A DNA stretch of 64,000 bases from an uncultured Ohtaekwangia sp. (GTDB lineage Bacteria; Bacteroidota; Bacteroidia; Cytophagales; Cyclobacteriaceae). The notes beneath the pieces are model-generated. The model saw only the letters and a list, made by a program, of their open reading frames with translations. It ran no database searches and was not told the origin of the DNA. The stretch is taken from NCBI GenBank assembly GCA_964439205.1, contig CAYTNM010000013.1:3-64002 (forward strand), written 5' to 3'. This document shows, piece by piece, positions 19,929 through 29,690 of this stretch; the first letter of the stretch is position 1, and the number at the start of each line of letters is the position of its first letter. The position numbers and the translations under genes were made by a program.

Positions 19929-20720
19929 TTATGTCCAGCGTTGCCGGATGATTTCGAGCATGGCGCCATGCACGTGTCCGCTAGCGCACAATTCGCCTCC
20001 GTACAAAAAGTTATTTCCACCTTTAAAATCGGTGACAATACCACCGGCCTGTTGTACCAAAAAGCCACCGGCTGCAACATCCCACGCATTGAGATTGTAT
20101 TCAAAAAATCCCTCCAGACGTCCACAGGCAACGTAGGCCAGATCGATGGCGGCACTACCGAGTCTGCGGATACCATGTGATTGTTCCAGAAATGTTTTAA
20201 TAATCTCCAGATAGGCCTCCTTTTTATCTGTATGATAATAAGGAAAACCAGTAGCAAATAAACTTTGAGAAATGGAGTCAATTCTTGAGACGCGAATCTC
20301 CTTTCCGTTGCAGTATGCTGGCGCTCCTTCAATGGTATGGAAGCATTCTCCATGACTCACTTCATGCACAACACCCAACACCATCCGATCGTGGTATGCC
20401 AAACCAATGCTTATCGAGTAGATCGGTAGTCCGTGTAAAAAATTAGTCGTGCCATCCAGAGGATCAATGATCCACTGATAGCCGTTAGTGCTCTTTCGGT
20501 CGGTGCCCTCTTCGCCAACAAAACCTGATCCAGGCAGCAACTCCGTTAGCCGGTTGACAATCCGGGTTTCCGATTCTTTATCAACATAAGAAACCAGATT
20601 ATTAAAAGAGGTTTTTTGTTCAATCTTACTCAAATCAAAGTTTGATTGCTCTTTTTTCATAAACTCACCTACTTCGAGGCATAAGTGAATTACTTCCTTC
20701 TCCAGATAGACCAGATTCAT
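19929..20720 (-). CDS. suhB: Inositol monophosphatase family protein
   Basis: GEEG, WIIDPLDGTTNF, RRLGSAAIDL, WDVAAG. Confidence 0.92.
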   Translation of the reverse strand: MNLVYLEKEVIHLCLEVGEFMKKEQSNFDLSKIEQKTSFNNLVSYVDKESETRIVNRLTELLPGSGFVGEEGTDRKSTNGYQWIIDPLDGTTNFLHGLPIYSISIGLAYHDRMVLGVVHEVSHGECFHTIEGAPAYCNGKEIRVSRIDSISQSLFATGFPYYHTDKKEAYLEIIKTFLEQSHGIRRLGSAAIDLAYVACGRLEGFFEYNLNAWDVAAGGFLVQQAGGIVTDFKGGNNFLYGGELCASGHVHGAMLEIIRQRWT

Positions 20721-21484
20721 TTTTTGCGAACTTTATTTCTTACCATACTTACCAGAACGATCAAAACGGAAACCCACGCGGCTGTGCGCACAACAAACTC
20801 TCCTCGTTGTTGGTATAATTCGGAAGGCGCCTTTATACCTGAATACCAGTTGATCATATCCGCACGTGTGATATTCGCTAAGGGTTGGTAATACGACCAT
20901 GCGATGGGCATGCCGATAAGTAAAAGAGCCAACACAAGCCAGGTTATCTGTATCCCGTCATTTTGCCAACATGCCAGGTAGATGAAAAAATTGCAAAGTA
21001 AAATCCAGGTGGTTATTCCCAAATACCCTGTGTGCCTTGTCCAGGTTGTCCAAGCGGGCCATAGCTGAAGGGCATCGGCCATAAAAACAAAATGGTCTCG
21101 CCAGGGAAGAAGTAATAGCAGGTATTCCATGGCAAGCCAATAGAGGATAAGAGTGATCATACCTAGTTTCGGTCCAAGCACCTCTTTGGAGAAATTAAAG
21201 AGTATAAAAACAAGCGTAGCCATGATCCCTTGGACGAATGCCAGATAAATTTTGCCGGTATCCAGCCAAAAGACGGAGAGAAAGGAAATCGTAAGCGGAA
21301 TCAAAATCCATTCAAAATGTTCCCATGCCGGTTTTTTGCTATCGGCCCGATTCGCGATCACCAGAAGCGGAGCGTAGGCAATAAAAATAAGCACCGGAAA
21401 TGATTTCATCAGCCACGCAGCTGCCAATAGGATCGAAGCAATGGCAACCCAAAGACCGGTATGAATTTCAGTTTTCTTTGCCAT
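20717..21484 (-). CDS. Lnt-like membrane protein lacking the nitrilase domain
   Basis: Multi-TM; WLAMEY..PW and PAWTTWTRHTGYLGITTWILLCN resemble the Lnt N-terminus, LYQQRGEFVVR resembles the Lnt C-terminus; only 255 aa. Confidence 0.65.
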   Translation of the reverse strand: MAKKTEIHTGLWVAIASILLAAAWLMKSFPVLIFIAYAPLLVIANRADSKKPAWEHFEWILIPLTISFLSVFWLDTGKIYLAFVQGIMATLVFILFNFSKEVLGPKLGMITLILYWLAMEYLLLLLPWRDHFVFMADALQLWPAWTTWTRHTGYLGITTWILLCNFFIYLACWQNDGIQITWLVLALLLIGMPIAWSYYQPLANITRADMINWYSGIKAPSELYQQRGEFVVRTAAWVSVLIVLVSMVRNKVRKK

Positions 21485-22157
21485 GAATAACTACAACAAT
21501 TTCTCCCTTTACTTCTTTTTGTTGGAAGTAGTGCCAAACCTCTTCGATGGAGCCGGTCTTCGTTTCTTCAAAGAGCTTTGTTAGCTCCCTTGAAACGGAT
21601 ATTAAACGAGTGGCACCCATGAGTTTGTGACATTGTTCCAATAGCTTCACCAAACGATGAGGCGATTCATACAAGATGACGGTTCTTTCCTCTTCTGCAA
21701 TTTGGTTCAGCAATGTTTGTCTCCCCTTTTTATGCGGCAGGAATCCTTCAAAAACAAAGCGATCAGTCGGGAAACCAGACTTGACCAGAGCGGGTATCAG
21801 GGCTGTGGCACCGGGCAGACATTCGATCGGAAGATTTTCCTTTAAACACTCCCGAACCAACAAAAAGCCAGGGTCAGAAATTCCGGGAGTACCTGCATCC
21901 GAAACCATGGCCATAACTTCGCCATTTTTTAATCGCGTGATCAACGATTGCAGGGTACGGTGTTCATTAAAGATGTGAAAACTCTGCAGAGGCTTTTGAA
22001 TCTCATAATGTTTGAGAAGAACGGCCGTGGTGCGGGTATCTTCAGCCAGAATGACATCTACCTTCTTTAAAATGTCTAATGCCCGTAAGGTGATATCGGC
22101 CAGGTTACCAATGGGTGTTGGCACTAAGTAAAGGATGGGAAGATGTTCAGTCTTCAA
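21468..22157 (-). CDS. rsmI: 16S rRNA (cytidine1402-2'-O)-methyltransferase
   Basis: [39 protein letters not shown]. Confidence 0.96.
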   Translation of the reverse strand: MKTEHLPILYLVPTPIGNLADITLRALDILKKVDVILAEDTRTTAVLLKHYEIQKPLQSFHIFNEHRTLQSLITRLKNGEVMAMVSDAGTPGISDPGFLLVRECLKENLPIECLPGATALIPALVKSGFPTDRFVFEGFLPHKKGRQTLLNQIAEEERTVILYESPHRLVKLLEQCHKLMGATRLISVSRELTKLFEETKTGSIEEVWHYFQQKEVKGEIVVVIHGKEN

Positions 22158-22399
22158 GCAGATGCAATTAGTTGATCGATGGCGAGCGCCAGTGCACGGT
22201 CTTTTTCGGTTACCACATCTCCTGCATCATGCGTAGACAACTCAATGGAAACGGTATTGTATACGTTGCTCCACCACGGATGATGATTCGTTTTTTCAGC
22301 CAGCAGTGCCACCCGTGTCATAAAAGCAAAGGCTTCACTAAAATCACGAAACGCGAACGTCTTCTTCAACCGGTTATCTTCTTCTTTCCAGGATTCCAT
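22154..22399 (-). CDS. phhB: Pterin-4-alpha-carbinolamine dehydratase
   Basis: [24 protein letters not shown]. Confidence 0.9.
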   Translation of the reverse strand: MESWKEEDNRLKKTFAFRDFSEAFAFMTRVALLAEKTNHHPWWSNVYNTVSIELSTHDAGDVVTEKDRALALAIDQLIASA

Positions 22400-22449
22400 T
22401 TTACTTAAATTTTAACGTTGGACGAAGATACCACTCTGTTATCGAAATG

Positions 22450-22719
22450 CTACAACGCAATGATTCCATTGACCACGGAAGCCTTCTGGTAAACATCAAT
22501 CACGGCCCGGCTAGAGCCCATGGTCATCTCGATGGTCAGACTGGTATAATTTCCTTTTTGGGATTCTTTGGTGGTAATCACATGCAAGGGAAACAGCTTT
22601 TTAAGTTCTTCTTCGCGCCCTCGCGGCACGATAAACTTAAAAGTATACGAGGAAGGCCACGAATAGTGCTGGTCTAATTTTTCCTGAAAGGAGGCTAACC
22701 ATTGTGCATCGATCGGCAT
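22450..22719 (-). CDS. DUF493 (YbeD-like) protein
   Basis: WPSSYTFKFIVP, SQKGNYTS, terminal GIIAL; likely start ATG 22719. Confidence 0.85.
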   Translation of the reverse strand: MPIDAQWLASFQEKLDQHYSWPSSYTFKFIVPRGREEELKKLFPLHVITTKESQKGNYTSLTIEMTMGSSRAVIDVYQKASVVNGIIAL

Positions 22720-22731
22720 AGTATGAAATGA

Positions 22732-22755
22732 AACAGGCACCTTCCGGTGCCTGTT
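22732..22755 (-). terminator. Hairpin after the PPIase gene
   Basis: AACAGGCACC-ttcc-GGTGCCTGTT 10-bp perfect stem 4 nt after the stop codon. Confidence 0.65.
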
Positions 22756-22759
22756 AGTA

Positions 22760-24901
22760 TTAATTTACGTTATAACGTTTGTCCACTACTTTGGCATCCT
22801 GACGAATGGCCTCGGAGATGGCAAAACTTGATTTGTTGTTAGCAGATTGAAGTAATTGATTGGCAAACATAGTGTAGTCTCCAACAGCCGGGGCAATGGT
22901 TTTATTTTGCATTTCGGCCATCAAGACACCGCTTTCAATGGCTATGGGAAGCGACTGTTTGCCATTCTCCAGACTGAAGATAATTCCTACGGCCGAGGGA
23001 TCAAAGCCCACTCCCTGTAATGAATTGCTGTTGAATTTAAGATCGTTTACCGTATGAACAGTTCCATCGGTGCCAAACAGTTGAGCAATCTCTTCCAGCG
23101 TACCGGTTTTCGCTTTTATTTTCTCAATAATTATTTTCCCCTTCAAATCGTTGCGGACAGCCGGGGTTATTTCGTCCTTTACTTTATCCAGTGATTTAAA
23201 TCCCTCTTTGGTCTCACCCGTCATCATGGCAACGATGTATCGCTCATCCAATTCAAAAATAGTAGATGGTTTTCCCTTTTTGGCATCCCGAAACAACCAC
23301 ACCACCATGGGACGTGCATCATCAATATTGTTCACTCTTCTGTCTGCCGCTTTTAGTTCTTTAGCTTCCGCCACCAACAAACTATTTTCCTTTGCCCGTG
23401 ACTTGAATTCATCAATCCCCGACAATCCGTCAGCAAACTGCTCCGCCTTTAAATAGGCCGTATTCGTGGTTTCTTCGCTGGCTACGATCGGAATGGAAAG
23501 CGAAGATAAGGTATATACTGTATTGTCTTTTAAAGCAGTTACGTCTATGATGTGATAACCAAACTGGGTTTCTACGAGTTGATTAATTAATCCGGTTTTG
23601 GTAGCAGCAAAAACAGCATTTTGAAAGGGTTTAACCATTTGACCCGATGTGAACCAGCCGAGGTCACCTCCGCGCTGTGCGGTGCCATCCGTACCAAATT
23701 CACGGGCCTGGGCACTAAAGTCTGCTCCGGCTTTAATATCGTTAAGGATCTTTTGCGCTTTTTCACGGGCTGTCTTTTTAGCCTCCGGGGTCTCGCTATC
23801 CCAGCGAATGAGGATATGACTAGCCTTGGCATTATAGGTTGTATCCGAACCTATTTTAGATACCTTGAGAACTTTATAAGCGCCATTTTCAAGATTGGGT
23901 CCATACATTTTTCCGGGAGTGAGATCGCTTAGATTAGCGCTTAATTCGCTTGGTAAAGATGCAATGGTATAATTTGTATACTCTCCGTTGAGATCGCTGT
24001 TTGAATAGACATAGGCCGAGTCGTTGGCAGCACTTTTGAAAAATTCCATGGCTTCTGTTATCTGGGTGCGAGCGTCTGCAGAATCGGCTGCTGATGGCAG
24101 GATGCTAAACTCTACGTAGGCCAGATCACGCGATGCTTCGGTTTTAAACCGATGTTTATTTTTAGCGTAATAAGCAGATAGATCCGAATCTTTTACTTGT
24201 ACAGCGGAATCACTGATCGCATAAAATGGCACAAACGCAAATTTTGCTTCAGCTACGTCATTTTGGTTATGGTAGTCTTTTTCAGCTTCGGCTTTTGTTA
24301 CATAGTTTGTTTTGAGAAGGAGGTTCTCGTATTTAACCCGCTCACGTCCCAACTTTAAATTAGCGATGTAATTTTCAAACTGACTTTTTTGTCCTTGCCA
24401 CATGGCCATCATTTGATCATTGGCACCTACCGGAGGGGTAGCAATTTGCTGCATATAAGAAATTAGTCGTCCGCGATCGAAATTTCCCGCAGAATCCAGG
24501 AACGAGCTTTTAATCCCCTCATCTATGTTTTTTCCCTGCACCATGTCATCCAGTTCAGTCTGGGTGACCACTACACCCAATTCTTTGAATTGAGGCTGGA
24601 TCGCATATTTAGCAATCAATAAATCCCAAGCTTGCTGACGCAAGGTGGGCATTTCGCGCTCACCAGGCTGGCGTTGCATCCGGTTGATGTAGTCATTCTC
24701 CCGCTCTTGTACGACCTGACTATATTCTTCGATCGTAACATCATATCCAGCGATACTTCCAACAGCATTATCGGGGCCAAAAAAGGAGCGGTTGCCTCCT
24801 GTTAAAAAATCACTGCCCACGATGAAGGCAGCCATGGCCAACATGATAAATCCTACGACCCACTTCGTTAGTTTGGTTCTGAGCGTTCCTATTAATGCCA
24901 T
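22760..24901 (-). CDS. PpiD/SurA-family periplasmic chaperone with parvulin PPIase domain
   Basis: N-terminal TM anchor, SurA-N-like region, KASHILI, GGDLGWF, MVKPF, ETQFGYHII. Confidence 0.9.
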   Translation of the reverse strand: MALIGTLRTKLTKWVVGFIMLAMAAFIVGSDFLTGGNRSFFGPDNAVGSIAGYDVTIEEYSQVVQERENDYINRMQRQPGEREMPTLRQQAWDLLIAKYAIQPQFKELGVVVTQTELDDMVQGKNIDEGIKSSFLDSAGNFDRGRLISYMQQIATPPVGANDQMMAMWQGQKSQFENYIANLKLGRERVKYENLLLKTNYVTKAEAEKDYHNQNDVAEAKFAFVPFYAISDSAVQVKDSDLSAYYAKNKHRFKTEASRDLAYVEFSILPSAADSADARTQITEAMEFFKSAANDSAYVYSNSDLNGEYTNYTIASLPSELSANLSDLTPGKMYGPNLENGAYKVLKVSKIGSDTTYNAKASHILIRWDSETPEAKKTAREKAQKILNDIKAGADFSAQAREFGTDGTAQRGGDLGWFTSGQMVKPFQNAVFAATKTGLINQLVETQFGYHIIDVTALKDNTVYTLSSLSIPIVASEETTNTAYLKAEQFADGLSGIDEFKSRAKENSLLVAEAKELKAADRRVNNIDDARPMVVWLFRDAKKGKPSTIFELDERYIVAMMTGETKEGFKSLDKVKDEITPAVRNDLKGKIIIEKIKAKTGTLEEIAQLFGTDGTVHTVNDLKFNSNSLQGVGFDPSAVGIIFSLENGKQSLPIAIESGVLMAEMQNKTIAPAVGDYTMFANQLLQSANNKSSFAISEAIRQDAKVVDKRYNVN

Positions 24902-24980
24902 ACAGTTTAAATTGCTAAAAAAGCCCTTTCAGGCTCGGTGATAAAATGTTTTTATAATACTCCTAAAATTAAAAGAGCCG

Positions 24981-24988
24981 CAAATTTA
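24981..24988 (-). promoter_or_regulatory. -7 element (TAAATTTG) of the PPIase gene
   Basis: Exact TAnnTTTG match about 80 nt upstream of the ATG. Confidence 0.6.
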
Positions 24989-25067
24989 ACGGGTTTTAGC
25001 TGAATGCCAAAAGATGAGAATTACCAAAGCATTATGTAACCAATTGATATTCAGCGTATTGAAAAGC

Positions 25068-25226
25068 TCATGACTTTCGCTTGCGGAGGGTATAGATGAA
25101 AAAACAGATAATGGCCAGCATGATGATGCCATACGCAGCCCCGATCCCATGCGCCATTACTTCATAAATACCAATGATAATCAAGGCAGCTGCCAGGGAT
25201 AGAAGAATAACATCCACTAATTTCAT
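25068..25226 (-). CDS. Small two-helix membrane protein (52 aa, not in ORF track)
   Basis: Hand translation MKLVDVILLSLAAALIIIGIYEVMAHGIGAAYGIIMLAIICFFIYTLRKRKS; A-rich initiation region; basic C-tail. Confidence 0.75.
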   Translation of the reverse strand: MKLVDVILLSLAAALIIIGIYEVMAHGIGAAYGIIMLAIICFFIYTLRKRKS

Positions 25227-25251
25227 GTATTACTATTATTTTTTTGTTCAC

Positions 25252-25310
25252 ATGAAATGGCCAGAATTATCATGCCTCTGGGAGATAGCGATTCTTCATG
25301 GCCATTTCAT
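25252..25310. other. Long imperfect hairpin upstream of the small membrane-protein gene
   Basis: 12-bp perfect outer stem ATGAAATGGCCA / TGGCCATTTCAT with inner GAAT/ATTC and TATC/GATA pairs. Confidence 0.55.
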
Positions 25311-25469
25311 AATTGGTAGAAGATACGGATTTTATCAGAGCATATTTCAAAAAGACCATTAACTCGTCACGCCAAAAGTAATGGTAAACTTGGATCTTCG
25401 AACCTGGAATTCAGATGAACGGCAAGCAATTTCTGCGAAGAATCCAATTGTGGCTGCGATTAAAAGTTA

Positions 25470-27629
25470 TCAAAAAATGACTAACCGCTGACTGAAGGTC
25501 TTGCCTAAATAGCCTATGCGGACAATGTACAGACCAGGTGCCAAAGGTTGCATTTGGAAAGGATAATCCTGATTGGCTTGTACCAGATAGGTGGAGGAAA
25601 CCGCTTGACCCAGTACCGTATAAAATGAGATTGTTACGTTACGATCGGCTCGCACATTTACGACCTCCGTTCGATCAGCCGGATTGGGAAAAATCTGGAC
25701 AACGGGCTCTTCTGGTAAAGGAGCCGCGTTTTCGTTTTTTAATAGCACGAGCCCACCGGCAGAGGTGCCCAATACAATCGAAGGACGGGCAGTATTAAAG
25801 ATATTCACAACCGCGGGTATGATGCGCCCGCCCAGATTACGACTGACATACAATCCGTTGGCAGCGTCATGCAGGATTTCAGTAAGTTCGGTAGCCTGGT
25901 TATTATTTCGGAAGTCAGAGACAATAGAGAGAATGCCTCGCTGGGTACATACTAACAAATCACCTGATCCATCACCATCTACATCCGAAACCGTCAGGGC
26001 TGGATTTTGGCGGGAGGTGCTAATACCAAACCCCATATAAGCATCCGTATCCAACACAAAAAAAGAAGAAGCCGCAGTTCCGGTATTGCGATAGTAGTTA
26101 ATCGCACCTGTATTTCGACCGACCAATAGATCCATCAATCCGTCCTGATTAACATCTACCAGGGTTATGTTTTCGGTGGAGGCGATGGTGAACTCCAATT
26201 TTTCCAATGTTTGACCGCTAAATGCTGTGGTATTGGAAGTATTGGGGATGAAGTAAACAGACGTAAGTCCGTTAATGGTGCTGGTGGCTGTCAAAACAAG
26301 ATCAGGTTTGGTGTCGGCATTGATGTCTGCAAATTGAGGTTTGATATTGTAGATGTTAAAATCAGATAGCCCGAAAAAATCATTGTTTTGCAGACTAAAC
26401 GATGGGGTAGCGGGAGCCCCTGTGTTTTCATAATATCGAATGGTTCCAACAAACCCGCTTTGGAGATAAGTTCCGATCAGTAAATCCTGATCACCATCGC
26501 CATCCATATCAAAGAACGCAGGACTGGCCAGATCCCCCACATCAATCATTTCATGTTGCAAAAAATCACGTTGCTGCAGAGTGAGATTCGGTAAGGTATT
26601 GGTTCCATTGTTTTTGTAATGGAACAAGGATTGCTCAAAATCGGTAGACGAAAACTGGCGCGCCCCCAGATTAGGCGAAACCAGCAAGTCGCGAATTTGA
26701 TCGCCATCCACATCTTCATAGAAGGCGGCAGGGAAACTCATGGCGGCAGGAGAAGAAGCAGGGAATACTGAAAAAGATTGAAACAGTGGTGACTCTTTTG
26801 TCCCCACATTGCTGAGGGCATACATCCGGGCACACGACTCTTCCGAAAAAAGAAGATCGCGATCACCATCGTCATCTAAATCCACCATAAGAAGGGATTT
26901 CCCCCCTGCGTGTTGGCTCCTTCCCGCACTTCCGGATGGACACGGCTGTCCGTTAAAGGCAAAAACTCCGCAACTGCATTCGGTAACGCCTCCATAACTG
27001 CCCGGTATTCGTTTTAATTCCAAAGAATCACATGTCATGCTCTGGTTTTGGTGCCATTGTATAGCGCCACCACCAGAAAAAGGAAATACCAGAATATCTA
27101 AGTCACCATCTCCATCCACATCATCAATAGATGGTATATCTGAGCTATTCATTTGAAGGTTGGTTGGTCTATTTCCTAAGCCAATTGTCTGCAAAAAACC
27201 CACATCATACAATCGCCAGGTGAACTTTCCCCCGGAAGGAGTAATGTTCACAAATACCTTTATGCCAAAGGGATCACTGGTAAAAACATCTTTCCGTCCA
27301 TCGCAGTTAAAGTCGCGGAGCAATAGCCACTGGTTGATACTTTCGGGAAATAGTGTTTCATAGTCGGGTGCATACGTAAAGCCTGACCCTTGTTTGAGAT
27401 AAGTGTAGAGTTTATTGGTGGTGCGGTCAAAAACGACCAGGTCTTGCTCTCCGTCACTATTCAAGTCCATGGTATTTACCTGAGCGCTGTTTAGCCCCCC
27501 TGCCCAGGCCATTGATAATGGGCGACCATCAATTTCTACGGGGATACTTTGGTCAATGGTGTACGTAAACTGCGCCCAACCGCTTATAAGACCCATCATC
27601 ATCAACCCCGCCAGGCACAGCCTTCGCAT
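25470..27629 (-). CDS. FG-GAP/VCBS-repeat protein with T9SS C-terminal sorting domain
   Basis: Signal peptide, many DxDxDGxxDL repeats, C-terminal IFPNP...GLYIVRI CTD. Confidence 0.88.
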   Translation of the reverse strand: MRRLCLAGLMMMGLISGWAQFTYTIDQSIPVEIDGRPLSMAWAGGLNSAQVNTMDLNSDGEQDLVVFDRTTNKLYTYLKQGSGFTYAPDYETLFPESINQWLLLRDFNCDGRKDVFTSDPFGIKVFVNITPSGGKFTWRLYDVGFLQTIGLGNRPTNLQMNSSDIPSIDDVDGDGDLDILVFPFSGGGAIQWHQNQSMTCDSLELKRIPGSYGGVTECSCGVFAFNGQPCPSGSAGRSQHAGGKSLLMVDLDDDGDRDLLFSEESCARMYALSNVGTKESPLFQSFSVFPASSPAAMSFPAAFYEDVDGDQIRDLLVSPNLGARQFSSTDFEQSLFHYKNNGTNTLPNLTLQQRDFLQHEMIDVGDLASPAFFDMDGDGDQDLLIGTYLQSGFVGTIRYYENTGAPATPSFSLQNNDFFGLSDFNIYNIKPQFADINADTKPDLVLTATSTINGLTSVYFIPNTSNTTAFSGQTLEKLEFTIASTENITLVDVNQDGLMDLLVGRNTGAINYYRNTGTAASSFFVLDTDAYMGFGISTSRQNPALTVSDVDGDGSGDLLVCTQRGILSIVSDFRNNNQATELTEILHDAANGLYVSRNLGGRIIPAVVNIFNTARPSIVLGTSAGGLVLLKNENAAPLPEEPVVQIFPNPADRTEVVNVRADRNVTISFYTVLGQAVSSTYLVQANQDYPFQMQPLAPGLYIVRIGYLGKTFSQRLVIF

Positions 27630-27707
27630 ATAATTTTATTTATTACTCGTTAAACGGAACCACCCATGGGCGTGTTATCTTGCCCACAAGATAGTTTGAA
27701 TTTGCTT

Positions 27708-28991
27708 ATGGATATAGCTCGTCTATACGGATGGTTTACTCAATCGTCCGGTGTTTCTACAGACACCAGGAATATTGCGCCTGATTCTCTTTTTTTTGCT
27801 TTGAAAGGCCCCTCCTTTAATGCAAATGAATTGGCGGGAGAGGCTCTGGCGAAGGGTGCGCTCTTTGCCGTGGTGGATGAAGCCCGATATGCCATAGATG
27901 ATCGTTTTTTTTTGGTGAAGGATTCGCTGGAAGCGCTACAGATGCTCGCCCGATATCACCGTAGTCAGTTATCTATTCCGGTGATTGGGTTGACCGGATC
28001 TAACGGTAAAACCACCAGTAAAGAATTGGTTTATGGGGTGTTGTCCAAAAAATTCAGAACTCAGGCAACTCAGGGAAATCTGAATAATCACATTGGAGTG
28101 CCGCTGACGCTTTTGCAAATCCATAAAAGCACCGAAATCGCGATCGTTGAAATGGGAGCCAATCATGTGGGCGAAATTGCTCATTTGAGTTCGTTGGCCC
28201 TTCCTACCCATGGCTTTATCACCAATATCGGACGCGCCCATATTGGTACGTTTGGAGGATTTGAAAATATTATTCGTGGTAAATCTGAACTATATCAGCA
28301 TTTGATTACTTCTCAGGGAACGGTTTTTATTAATTCGCAAAACGAGATTCTGATGAATATGGCTAAGCGATTTAAAGATCCGATCTTTTATCCCGGCAAG
28401 GATGACTATTATGCTTGCGAACTGATCCATGCCGATCCTTTGGTAACGATCAAAGCAGCAAACGGAGAAATCATACGATCACAATTGGTTGGCGCCTACA
28501 ATTTTGAAAACATAGCGGTAGCTTTATGCATTGGCAAATACTTTGGTGTACCGGAGGCGGACGCCAACGCGGCCATCCGCGAGTATTTTCCTTCCAATAT
28601 GCGTTCGCAAATTCTGACCAGAGGTACGAACACGGTTATTCTGGATGCATATAATGCCAATCCCAGTTCGATGGAGGCCGCTATCCGCAACCTTGCCCGG
28701 ATGAATGCCGCCCAGAAACTGGCGATCGTGGGCGATATGTATGAATTGGAGGAGGATACTGAGATGGAACATCGGAAAACCGGTGAGTTGTTGGCGAGTT
28801 TGAAGATTCCGGCACTTTTTTGTGGCAAGCACATGAAAGTTGCTGCGGAAGTAATTTCTGGGAGTCATTATTTTGAGACAGTGGATTTATTAAAAAAATA
28901 CCTGACCCAAAACCCGGTGTCTCAAGCCACCATATTGGTAAAGGCATCGCGTGGAATGAAACTGGAAGGAGTAGTGGAGGTTATCCAGTAG
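27708..28991 (+). CDS. murF: UDP-N-acetylmuramoyl-tripeptide--D-Ala-D-Ala ligase
   Basis: STDTR, TGSNGKTT, GNLNNHIGVP, EMGANH, DAYNANPSSM, KASRG; start ATG 27708. Confidence 0.96.
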   Translation: MDIARLYGWFTQSSGVSTDTRNIAPDSLFFALKGPSFNANELAGEALAKGALFAVVDEARYAIDDRFFLVKDSLEALQMLARYHRSQLSIPVIGLTGSNGKTTSKELVYGVLSKKFRTQATQGNLNNHIGVPLTLLQIHKSTEIAIVEMGANHVGEIAHLSSLALPTHGFITNIGRAHIGTFGGFENIIRGKSELYQHLITSQGTVFINSQNEILMNMAKRFKDPIFYPGKDDYYACELIHADPLVTIKAANGEIIRSQLVGAYNFENIAVALCIGKYFGVPEADANAAIREYFPSNMRSQILTRGTNTVILDAYNANPSSMEAAIRNLARMNAAQKLAIVGDMYELEEDTEMEHRKTGELLASLKIPALFCGKHMKVAAEVISGSHYFETVDLLKKYLTQNPVSQATILVKASRGMKLEGVVEVIQ

Positions 28992-29017
28992 AGACTCATT
29001 TATCGAAATAATAGTTT

Positions 29018-29674
29018 ATGAAACAAGTACTAACTTTTCTGACCAAACTTTCCCGGAATAATAACCGAGAGTGGTTTGAAAAAAATAAAGCTTCTTACAT
29101 CGTAGCTAAAGACGACTTTGAAGAATTTATAGGGGAAGTCTTAAACGAGACATTAAAATTTGAGCCCGGATACTCTCACCTTCAACCGAAAAAATTGATT
29201 TTCAGAATTTATCGCGATGTGCGGTTTAGTAAAGACAAGCGGCCGTATAAAACCAACATGGGTGCCGGATTTTCACCGGGCGGTAAATTAATTCAGGAGC
29301 CGGGTTACTATTTGCATATCGAGCCGGGGAATAAAAGTTTTATTGCCGGAGGGTTATACATGCCTGAATCGGCTGTACTTTCAAAAGTGCGGCAAGAGAT
29401 AGACTATAATGGCGATCGCTTAAAAAAGATTTTTGCTCAGCCAGCATTTAAGAAAAATTTTGGTGGATGGGACGACTTTGACAAGTTGAAAAAAGTACCC
29501 AAAGGATATGATTCTGAACATCCACTGGGCGAATGGTTAAAACTCAAAAGCTTTATTGTAACACGTCAATTATCGGATAAGCAGGTAAGTGAAAAAGGAT
29601 TTGTCAAACTGGCGGCTGCCACGTTTAAGGGGATCAAACCCTTGAATGATTTTTTAAAAGAAGCCATTGCATAG
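29018..29674 (+). CDS. DUF2461 / TIGR02453 family protein
   Basis: NNNREWF, FRIYRDVRFSKDKRPYK, GYYLHIEPG. Confidence 0.92.
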   Translation: MKQVLTFLTKLSRNNNREWFEKNKASYIVAKDDFEEFIGEVLNETLKFEPGYSHLQPKKLIFRIYRDVRFSKDKRPYKTNMGAGFSPGGKLIQEPGYYLHIEPGNKSFIAGGLYMPESAVLSKVRQEIDYNGDRLKKIFAQPAFKKNFGGWDDFDKLKKVPKGYDSEHPLGEWLKLKSFIVTRQLSDKQVSEKGFVKLAAATFKGIKPLNDFLKEAIA

Positions 29675-29690
29675 TACCCTTGGCGGATTT

